Positions 16,663-24,234 of a stretch of 64,000 bases of DNA are shown here, one piece after another. The translations under genes were made by a program, and so were the position numbers. How positions within the stretch are numbered: the first letter of the stretch is position 1; every line of letters starts with the position of its first letter. The notes under the pieces were generated by a model. That model was not told the DNA's origin. It made no database searches and was given only the letters and a program-made list of their open reading frames with translations. Source of the DNA: Myxococcota bacterium (GTDB lineage Bacteria; Myxococcota_A; UBA9160; UBA6930); the NCBI GenBank assembly GCA_965223415.1, contig OZ245002.1, forward strand, positions 3,328,001 to 3,392,000, read 5' to 3'.

Positions 16663-17954
16663 CGAGCTGGGCGGTCGTCGGCGGCGGGCTCCTGGGCGGG
16701 ACCCTGGCCTGGCGCCTGGCCCGGGCGGGCCACGAGGTGACCCTCTTCGAGGGGGCCGCCGAGCTCGGGGGCCTGGCGGCACCGTGGCAGATCGGAGACG
16801 TGGTCTGGGATCGCCACTACCACGTGACACTCCTCTCCGACGCCTTCACCCGGGGCCTCCTGCGGGATCTCGCCCTCGAGTCCGAGATGCGCTGGGTGAA
16901 GACGCGGACGTCGCTGTTCGCCGATGGCCGGCTCGCTCCCTGCTCGAACGCGATCGACTACCTGCGCCTGCCGACCCTCGGGTGGATCGACAAGGCGCGG
17001 CTCGGCGCGACGATCCTGTGGGCCTCGCACATTCGCGACGGAGAGGCCCTCGATCGGGTGCCCGTGGAGGTCTGGCTCGAGCGGCTCTCGGGGCGGCGGG
17101 TCACGGAGCGGCTCTGGGCGCCGCTGCTCCGCTCCAAGCTCGGCGATCGCTACCCCGAAGCCTCCGCCGGCTTCCTGTGGGCGACGATCCAGCGGCTCTA
17201 CGCCGCCCGGCGCAGCGGCCTCAAGGAGGAGATGTTCGGCTACGTGCCCGGCGGCTACGCGCGCATCCTGGCCCGCCTCCACGAGGCGCTCGAGGCCGCC
17301 GGCGTCGACGTGCGGCTGAACGCGGCGGTGGCGGAGATCCGCAAGCAGGGCGGCCGCTGGCGAGTCGCCTTCGGCGAAGGCAAGGAAGCGAGCTTCGACA
17401 AGGGCGCGATCACGTTGAGCCCCCGCCGCACCGCCCGCATGCTGCCGGAGCTCCCCGCGGCTCACCGCGCGCGCCTCGACGCCCTGGGCTACCAGGGCAT
17501 CGTGTGCGCCTCGGTGCTGCTCGACCGTCCGCTGGCGGACGCCTACCTGACCTACCTGGTCGATCGCGACCTCCCGTTCACCGCCGTGGTCGAGATGAGT
17601 GCCTTCGTCGAACCGGCGGAGCTGGGTGGACACGGTCTGGTGTATCTCCCCTGCTACCTCCCCGCTTCCGACGAGCGCTTCCGCGCCAGCGACGAGGAGA
17701 TCCGCGAGCGCTTCCTCGCCGGCCTGCGACGGGTGCACCCCCAGGCCACGGAGGACCGGGTGCGCGCCTTCCGCGTCTCCCGGGTGGCAGAGGTGTTCCC
17801 GTTCCCGGTGCAGGGCTACCAGCAGAGCCTGCCCGAGGGCGAGCTCGGCCCGGGCCTCCACTGGGTCAGCTCCGCTCAGATCGCCGGCGGCACCCTGAAC
17901 GTGAACGACACGGTGAGCGTGGCCGAGGCGGCCGCCCGGGAGCTCACCCCGTGA
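16659..17954 (+). CDS. FAD-dependent oxidoreductase (amine oxidase/protoporphyrinogen oxidase-like fold) of sugar-modification loci
   Basis: VVGGGLLG dinucleotide motif, LGGLA, WDRHYH, PLLRSKLG, GYVPGGY. Confidence 0.8.
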   Translation: MTSWAVVGGGLLGGTLAWRLARAGHEVTLFEGAAELGGLAAPWQIGDVVWDRHYHVTLLSDAFTRGLLRDLALESEMRWVKTRTSLFADGRLAPCSNAIDYLRLPTLGWIDKARLGATILWASHIRDGEALDRVPVEVWLERLSGRRVTERLWAPLLRSKLGDRYPEASAGFLWATIQRLYAARRSGLKEEMFGYVPGGYARILARLHEALEAAGVDVRLNAAVAEIRKQGGRWRVAFGEGKEASFDKGAITLSPRRTARMLPELPAAHRARLDALGYQGIVCASVLLDRPLADAYLTYLVDRDLPFTAVVEMSAFVEPAELGGHGLVYLPCYLPASDERFRASDEEIRERFLAGLRRVHPQATEDRVRAFRVSRVAEVFPFPVQGYQQSLPEGELGPGLHWVSSAQIAGGTLNVNDTVSVAEAAARELTP

Positions 17955-18937
17955 AGCCCTGGGCGAGCCTCTCCCTGGACCTCGACAACCAGTGGTCCTA
18001 CATGAAGACCCACGGCGATCCGGGCTGGGAGGCGCTGCCCTCCTACCTCGATGCCCTGGCGCCCCTGGCCCTGGAGCAGCTGGCCCAGCACGAGCTGCGC
18101 ATCACCTTCTTCGTCGTCGGACAGGACGCGGCCCTGGCGTCCAACCGGGCGGCCCTGCGCTCGCTCCACGACGCGGGCCACGAGATCGCCAACCACTCTT
18201 TCCGTCACGAGCCCTGGCTGCACCTCTACGCCGACGACGAGCTGGAGCGCGAGCTGCGGCAGGCCGAGGACGCGATCGGCGACGCCACCGGGGCCAGGGT
18301 GGCCGGCTTCCGCGGCCCCGGCTACAGCCTCTCGCTCCGGACCCTGGAGCTCCTCGCCGAGCGCGGCTACCGCTACGACGCGACCACCCTTCCGACCTGG
18401 ATCGGCCCCCTCGCCCGGGCCTACTACTTTCGGAGCGCAAGGCTCGGTGCGGAGGAGCGCGCCGAGCGCGGCGCTCTCTTCGGCCGCCTGCGCGACGGCC
18501 TCCAGCCCCTAAAGCCGCACCACTGGCAGCTCGGGGAGCGGAAGCTCCTGGAGATTCCGGTGACCGTGCTCCCCCTCGCCCGGGTGCCGATGCACGTGAG
18601 CTACCTGCTCACCCTGAGCGCCGCGTCCCCGGCGGCGGCGCGCGCCTACTTCCGCGCGGGGCTGGCCCTGTGCCGGGCGACCGGCTTCGAGCCGTCGATC
18701 CTGCTCCACCCCCTCGACTTCCTCGGCGCCGACGACGTGTCGGCCCTGGGCTTCTTCCCCGGCATGCAGCTCGAAGGACGGGTGAAACGCGAGCGGGTGG
18801 CGGAGTACCTGGCGGATCTCACGGCCCGGTTCCACGTGGTGCCGATGGAGGCCCACGCCGCTCACCTCGAGGCGCAGCCGCTCGCGCAGCGCCGCCCCTC
18901 CTTCCCGGAGGCCGCAGGCGTGGGCCTGCCGGCGTAG
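17951..18937 (+). CDS. Polysaccharide deacetylase (CE4/NodB-like)
   Basis: SLDLDN, TFFVVG, HEIANHSFRH (intact His motif), GFRGPG, LLHPLD. Confidence 0.85.
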   Translation: MKPWASLSLDLDNQWSYMKTHGDPGWEALPSYLDALAPLALEQLAQHELRITFFVVGQDAALASNRAALRSLHDAGHEIANHSFRHEPWLHLYADDELERELRQAEDAIGDATGARVAGFRGPGYSLSLRTLELLAERGYRYDATTLPTWIGPLARAYYFRSARLGAEERAERGALFGRLRDGLQPLKPHHWQLGERKLLEIPVTVLPLARVPMHVSYLLTLSAASPAAARAYFRAGLALCRATGFEPSILLHPLDFLGADDVSALGFFPGMQLEGRVKRERVAEYLADLTARFHVVPMEAHAAHLEAQPLAQRRPSFPEAAGVGLPA

Positions 18938-18948
18938 AGAGGTACCCG

Positions 18949-20595
18949 TTGGCCGGGGCCAGGACGCATCTCCTCACCGTTGCGGTCGAGCACGACTTCC
19001 AGGCCACCGCCCTCGGCCCGGTGATCGCGCCGCGGGAGTGGACGCGGCTCGAGTCCCGCGTGCTCGCGAACACCGTGGCCGCTCTTGACCTGATCGAGGC
19101 CCACGGCGCCCGGGCCACCTTCTTCGTGCTGGGCTGGGTCGCCGAGCGGGCCCCGGAAGTGGTGCAGGAGATCGTGCGCCGCGGTCACGAGGTGGCGAGC
19201 AAGGGCTACCTGCATCGCACGCCCCAGTCGATGGCGCCCGACGAGCTGCGCGACGATGCGCTGCGCGCCAAGGCGGCCCTCCAGAAGGCCGGCGACGTCC
19301 CGGTCCATGGGCACCGGGTCGCGCGGGGGAGCCTGGGCCTCGACGACCTGTGGGTGCTCGACGTCCTGGCCGACGCCGGCTTCGCCTACGACTCGAGCTT
19401 CTACCCGCGGCTGCGCTCGATCCGCCGCGAGCCCTGGCGCCGCTTCCCCCACACCCATACCCACGGCGAGCGCACGATCCGGGAGCTACCGCTCTCGACC
19501 TGGGGGCCCGACGAGCTGCTGTTCCCGATCGCGGGGGGCAACGCCTTCCGCCAGCTCCCGGCGTGGGTGTCCCGGGCGGTGATCGGCGATTGGGAGCAGC
19601 GCTACCAGTCGCCGTTCAACCTGTTCTTCCACATCTGGGAGCTCGATCCGGAGGCGCCGCGCATCGCCCGGGCCCGCGGGCTGCGGCGGCTCCGCCGCTA
19701 CCGCGGCCTCGAGGGTATGCGCGAGCGCATCGAGGCCGCGCTCGAGCGCTTTTCCTTCCAGCCGATCGCGGAGCTGCTCGGTCTGGAGCAGCGGCAGGGA
19801 ATGGTGCCCGTGTCGGCAGTTGGGGGGCACACCGGCGCCCGCGACACAGTGGCTCTCTCGCCGACGGCGACGCCGGTGACGATCGTCGTGCCCTGCTTCC
19901 AGGAGGAAGCGGTCCTGGCCTACACGGCGAAGGTGCTCGAGGAGACCCAGGCGCGCCTCGCCGCCGACTACCGCTTCGAGTACGTGTTCGTCGACGACCA
20001 CTCGCCCGACGGCACCTGGCGCCGGCTCGAGGAGCTCTTCGGTGATCGCCCGGACTGCCAGCTTCTGCACCATCCGGAGAACCGGGGCGTGGCCCAGGCG
20101 ATCCTCACCGGCATCCGCGCGGCGCGCACGGAGATCGTCGCGTCGGTCGACTGCGACTGCACCTACGACCCGGGCCAGCTCGCCGGCATGCTGCCGCTCC
20201 TCGACGCCGGGACGGCGATGGTGACCGCCTCACCCTACCACCGGGAGGGCCGGGTGCTGGGTGTTCCCGGCTGGCGGCTGCTGCTCTCCCGCGGGCTCTC
20301 GCGGCTCTACGCCCTGGTCCTGCCGGAGAGCCCCGCCACCATCACCAGCTGCTTCCGGGTGTACCGACGCTCCAAGCTGCTGGACGTGGAGCCCCGGGAC
20401 GGCGGCTTCCTCGGCGTGGCGGAGACCCTGGCGATCCTGGCGCTCCGGGGCGAGCGCGTCGCCGAGCATCCCGCGGTCCTCGAGTCCCGGCTGCTCGGGG
20501 AGTCCAAGATGAAGGTGCTGGCGACGATCACCGCGCACCTGCGCCTCCTCGCCGACCTGGCCTGGCGCCGCCTGAGCGGGCGCGCGACGGCCTGA
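18949..20595 (+). CDS. Fusion of CE4/DUF3473-like deacetylase domain and GT2 (ArnC/DPM-synthase-like) domain
   Basis: N-terminal ATFFVLGWVAE, HEVASKGY.H, YDSS, FHIWELDP; C-terminal VVPCFQE, VDDHSPD, NRGVA.AI..G, VDCD (DxD). TTG start 6 nt after GAGAGG. Confidence 0.82.
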   Translation: MAGARTHLLTVAVEHDFQATALGPVIAPREWTRLESRVLANTVAALDLIEAHGARATFFVLGWVAERAPEVVQEIVRRGHEVASKGYLHRTPQSMAPDELRDDALRAKAALQKAGDVPVHGHRVARGSLGLDDLWVLDVLADAGFAYDSSFYPRLRSIRREPWRRFPHTHTHGERTIRELPLSTWGPDELLFPIAGGNAFRQLPAWVSRAVIGDWEQRYQSPFNLFFHIWELDPEAPRIARARGLRRLRRYRGLEGMRERIEAALERFSFQPIAELLGLEQRQGMVPVSAVGGHTGARDTVALSPTATPVTIVVPCFQEEAVLAYTAKVLEETQARLAADYRFEYVFVDDHSPDGTWRRLEELFGDRPDCQLLHHPENRGVAQAILTGIRAARTEIVASVDCDCTYDPGQLAGMLPLLDAGTAMVTASPYHREGRVLGVPGWRLLLSRGLSRLYALVLPESPATITSCFRVYRRSKLLDVEPRDGGFLGVAETLAILALRGERVAEHPAVLESRLLGESKMKVLATITAHLRLLADLAWRRLSGRATA

Positions 20596-20643
20596 GCGCT
20601 TCGGTTATCCTCCACGCCCTGCTCGGTGAGGAGGAGCCCCCCG

Positions 20644-21645
20644 ATGCCCGACGTCTCGATGTGGGCCCGCGCGCTGCGGGTCATGCCCAAGGTCGACAAG
20701 CAGGAGTGGGACGCCCTCGACCTGGTCTCGCGCTGGCTCATCGCGACGCGCTCGGCGGTCCTGGTGATGACCTTCACCTCGGCCGCCTTCGCGGGCCTGC
20801 TCGCCTGGAAGGCCGGCGCCTTCGACGCGGGCCGCTGGCTGCTCGTGACCCTGGGCCTGCTCCTCGCCCACGCCACCAACAACCTGGTCAACGACCTCAC
20901 CGACCACTGGAAGGGCGTCGACAAGGACAACTACTTCCGCACCCAGTACGGCCCCCAGCCGGTCGAGTCGGGCCTGCTGACCACCCGCCAGCTGATGGTC
21001 TACATCGCGGTCACCGGGCTGGCGGCCGTCGCCATCGGCGCCTGGCTGGTGGCCGACGGCGGCAGCGGGGTGCTCTGGCTGCTCCTGGCCGGCGCGGTCT
21101 TCGTGCTCTTCTACACCTGGCCGCTCAAGTACATCGGCCTCGGTGAGCCGGCGGTGCTGGTGGTGTGGGGCCCGCTCATGGTCGGCGGTGGCTACTACGT
21201 GATCACCGGCGAGTGGAGCACCCCGGTCGCCTGGGCCAGCGTCGCCTACGCCCTCGGGCCGACGGCGGTGCTGTTCGGCAAGCACATCGACAAGCTCAAG
21301 GAGGACGAGGCGAAGGGGATCCACACCCTGCCTGTGATCCTCGGCGAGACGGTCTCGCGCTGGACCGTGGTCGGCATGCTCCTGGCCCAGCTCGGCGTGA
21401 TCGTCTACCTGGTCGCGACCGGCTACTTCCATCCGGTCATGTTGGTCGCGCTGGGTGCCGCGTTCTCCCTGAAGCGCGTGATCGAGGTGTACCGGGATCC
21501 GCGGCCGAACGAGGCGCCGCCGGAGCTGCCGAAGGGCGTCTGGCCGCTCTACCTGGTGGCCACCGCGTTCTGGTACAACCGCCGCTTCGGCGCCTTCTTC
21601 CTGGCGGCCCTGCTGGCGGACGTGGCGATCTCGCGGCTGGCCTAG
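20644..21645 (+). CDS. menA: UbiA-family prenyltransferase, MenA-like (DHNA polyprenyltransferase)
   Basis: NNLVNDLTD...GVD, FYTWPLKYIGLGE, KHIDK..ED..KGIHTLPV.LG; multiple TM; SD GAGGAGG. Confidence 0.75.
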   Translation: MPDVSMWARALRVMPKVDKQEWDALDLVSRWLIATRSAVLVMTFTSAAFAGLLAWKAGAFDAGRWLLVTLGLLLAHATNNLVNDLTDHWKGVDKDNYFRTQYGPQPVESGLLTTRQLMVYIAVTGLAAVAIGAWLVADGGSGVLWLLLAGAVFVLFYTWPLKYIGLGEPAVLVVWGPLMVGGGYYVITGEWSTPVAWASVAYALGPTAVLFGKHIDKLKEDEAKGIHTLPVILGETVSRWTVVGMLLAQLGVIVYLVATGYFHPVMLVALGAAFSLKRVIEVYRDPRPNEAPPELPKGVWPLYLVATAFWYNRRFGAFFLAALLADVAISRLA

Positions 21646-21646
21646 C

Positions 21647-23311
21647 CTACTTCCCGTCCAAGAACTCGTAAGTCACTGAGAAGAAAAGGAATTGGCGCAA
21701 ACGCGCCTCCCGATCGAGTTTCGATTGGTGTATGTTAGGTGGTGCCAACCTACCGAACATACACAGCAATTCGCCAACCGGGGGGTGAAGCGATGCGCCG
21801 ATTCCGAGAAACTCAGCTCTCACTCACGCCCACATGGGGTCCGCATCAACATACCCGAGAGCTGCAGATGATCGCCAGGATCCTCGGGGCGGATCCGCGC
21901 TTGGGTGCTGTTGTGCACGGAGATCTGATCGGGGAACGTCGCGCCGATACCGGCCGTCGGGGCCTCAGCGGCGATCAGGTCCTTCGAATCGCCCTACTCA
22001 AGCAGATCCACGGGCTGAGCTACCGGGAGTTGGAGTTTCACCTCCAGGACTCGGCCGCCTTCCGCAGCTTCGTAGGACTCGGGCTCGGTGACTGGCCCCG
22101 CTTCCAGACCCTTCAGGACAACGTCAAACGGATCCGGCCCGAGACGTGGGAAGCCATCCACCGTGCGTTGATCGGCCTGGCTCGCCGGGAAGGAATCGAA
22201 CGAGGCGAGACGATTCGGGCGGATACGACGGTCGTCGAGGCGAACATCCACGAGCCCGCCGACTCGGCCCTGCTCTGGGACAGCGTTCGGGTGATGACGC
22301 GGATTTTGCGAAGGATGGCGAAGCAACGCCCTTCGCTGCGCAAGATGTTCCCGGATCGTCGTCGTTGCGTGAAGCGACGCGCCTACGCGATCAAGTTCCA
22401 CCGGCGGTCGATCAACCTGGTCGCGAGCTATCGGTGCATGATCCGGGCCACGGAAGAGGTCTGCCAAGCGGCCCGTAGCGTCGCGGAGAGGGTCGCCCGA
22501 GTCGAAGACACGACGCCGCTTCGCGAAGAGCTCCTCGCGGTGCTTCCCCTCGTCGAGCGCGTCATCGATCAGAGCCGTCGCCGTGTCCTCGAAGGCGAGC
22601 GCGTCCCTGCAGCCGAGAAGATCGTGTCGATCTTCGAGCCGCACTCGGACATCCTCGTGAAGGACAATCGAGGCACCTACTACGGTCACAAGGTCTGTCT
22701 GACTGGCGGCAGGTCGTCACTCGTCCTCGACTGTGTCATCGAGGAAGGAAACCCTACGGACTCGACGCTGGTCGAACGTACGCTCGAGCGCCATGCAGAT
22801 CTCTTCGGCAAGGCACCCCGCCAAGTGGCGATGGACGGAGGCTTCGCGTCCATGGACAACGTTGCCAAGGCCAAGGCGCTCGGCGTGGAAGACATGGCCT
22901 TCAACAAGAAGAGCGGACTCGAGGTCCACGAGATGGTGCGCAGCGCCTGGGTCTTCCGGCGCCTTCGTGACTTCCGCTCGGGGATCGAGGGCGTGATCTC
23001 GACGCTCAAGCGAGCGTTCCAGATGGACCGATGCACCTGGCGGGGCCTGGCGTCCTTCAAGGCCTATGTCTGGGCCAGTGTGACGAGCTTCAACCTCGTC
23101 GCCTTGGCCCGCCACCTGCTGACTCGCGAGTTCGCCTGAACCCCTGAGAGTGGTTCGGTCGGTGGACACGTGCGCCCGCGCATCGGAACACGGTCGCTCA
23201 CTCACCCCGACGGCTCCGGGACTGCTGTGACATCGCTACTCTCAACGCCCGCGAAGACCGCCAACGATCCACTAAGAGGCCGACGAACGGCTCTTCTCGG
23301 ACGGGAAGTAG
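21647..23311 (+). mobile_element. Complete insertion sequence, ISNCY-type, about 1.67 kb
   Basis: TIRs CTACTTCCCGTCCAAGAA (21647-21664) and TTCTCGGACGGGAAGTAG (23294-23311), 17/18 match; flanking CTAGC duplication (21642-21646, 23312-23316); lower GC than neighbours. Confidence 0.93.
21793..23139 (+). CDS. DDE transposase (ISNCY-like)
   Basis: LSYRELEFHL.DS..FR.F, RADTTVVEANIH.P.DS.LL.D, EKIVSIFEPH, YGHK, MDGGFAS, FRSGIEG.IS.LKR; intact frame. Confidence 0.92.
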   Translation: MRRFRETQLSLTPTWGPHQHTRELQMIARILGADPRLGAVVHGDLIGERRADTGRRGLSGDQVLRIALLKQIHGLSYRELEFHLQDSAAFRSFVGLGLGDWPRFQTLQDNVKRIRPETWEAIHRALIGLARREGIERGETIRADTTVVEANIHEPADSALLWDSVRVMTRILRRMAKQRPSLRKMFPDRRRCVKRRAYAIKFHRRSINLVASYRCMIRATEEVCQAARSVAERVARVEDTTPLREELLAVLPLVERVIDQSRRRVLEGERVPAAEKIVSIFEPHSDILVKDNRGTYYGHKVCLTGGRSSLVLDCVIEEGNPTDSTLVERTLERHADLFGKAPRQVAMDGGFASMDNVAKAKALGVEDMAFNKKSGLEVHEMVRSAWVFRRLRDFRSGIEGVISTLKRAFQMDRCTWRGLASFKAYVWASVTSFNLVALARHLLTREFA

Positions 23312-23327
23312 CTAGCCTCGATCCCCG

Positions 23328-24149
23328 GTGGGACTCAAGCGCTTCGACCGCAAGTTCGGCGCCGATCTCCTGCGGGAGCTGCCGGCGGCACCGGGGGTCT
23401 ACCTCTTCAAGGACGAAGACGGCCGGGTGCTCTACGCCGGCAAGGCGAAGGACGTGCGCCGGCGCCTCCAGGGCTACCGCAACGCGAGCCGTCGCAAGGC
23501 GCACCGCAAGATGCGCACCCTCGTACGGGAGGCGGCCGCTCTCGAGGTGCGGCTGCAACCCAGCGAGCGGGACGCGCTCCTGGTCGAGAACGAGCTGATC
23601 CGGACGCTGCGTCCGCCCTACAACGTGGACGGGGCCTACACCTTCCTCTACCCGGCGATCGGGACGGCCGTGCGGCACCATCAGTCCTTCCTGGTGTTCA
23701 CCACACGGGTCGAGGCCTACGGGATGCTACGGCCACGCTGGCACGGCGTCTTCCGCTCCCGCTACCGCACCCGCGACGCCTTCGACGCGCTCGTGGCGCT
23801 GCTCGAGCTGCTTGGCCACCGCGAGCCGCGCTCGCGGCTGCCGGAGCTTCCGCGCCATCGGGGATCGAGCGTCGCCGCCTTCCGCCGCGCCGGGGACTGG
23901 ATGCCCGGCATCGAGCGACTCCTGGCCGGCGAGTGCGAGGCCGTGCTGCGTGCCATCTCCCGCCGGCTCGTCGAGAAGGCCTCCGCCCGTCGCGACGCCG
24001 ACCAGGTGGGCACCGACCTCCGGCTCCTCCACGATTTCTACGCCACCGACGCCGAGAAGCTCCGCAGCATCCTCCAAGCCGCCGGCCGACCCCCCGGCTT
24101 CGTCTCCCAGGACGAGCGCGACGCCCTCTTCATCGCCCACCGCCCCTAG
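23328..24149 (+). CDS. GIY-YIG nuclease domain protein (UvrC N-terminal-like, stand-alone)
   Basis: LPAAPGVYLF.D..G.VLYAGKAKD.RRRL..Y, ALLVENELI..LRP.YN. Confidence 0.82.
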   Translation: MGLKRFDRKFGADLLRELPAAPGVYLFKDEDGRVLYAGKAKDVRRRLQGYRNASRRKAHRKMRTLVREAAALEVRLQPSERDALLVENELIRTLRPPYNVDGAYTFLYPAIGTAVRHHQSFLVFTTRVEAYGMLRPRWHGVFRSRYRTRDAFDALVALLELLGHREPRSRLPELPRHRGSSVAAFRRAGDWMPGIERLLAGECEAVLRAISRRLVEKASARRDADQVGTDLRLLHDFYATDAEKLRSILQAAGRPPGFVSQDERDALFIAHRP

Positions 24150-24154
24150 AACGC

Positions 24155-24224
24155 AAGAGTGGGGACGTTCCTTGCATCTTGCATTCTTCGAAGAATGCAA
24201 GATGCAAGGAACGTCCCCACTCTT
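24155..24224. repeat. Perfect 70-bp palindrome (35-bp arms, no spacer) between convergent genes
   Basis: AAGAGTGGGGACGTTCCTTGCATCTTGCATTCTTC | GAAGAATGCAAGATGCAAGGAACGTCCCCACTCTT, checked base by base. Confidence 0.97.
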
Positions 24225-24234
24225 TCACGCTCTT

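Noticed and set aside
16659..17954. hemY/protoporphyrinogen oxidase
   Set aside because: Fold-level resemblance only; embedded in a sugar-modification operon with no hem genes.
9062..20595. Conventional O-antigen or capsule cluster
   Set aside because: No Wzx/Wzy/Wzz or ABC exporter and only one soluble GT domain.
23141..23200. TPP riboswitch suggested by CTGAGA
   Set aside because: Other conserved TPP elements were not found and it lies inside an IS, not upstream of thi genes.
23328..24149. uvrC
   Set aside because: Too short and lacks the C-terminal nuclease and HhH domains.
24155..24224. Prophage or linear-replicon telomere (telRL-like) call
   Set aside because: No protelomerase or phage genes in the window and the flanks are not mirror images; kept only as a minor alternative.
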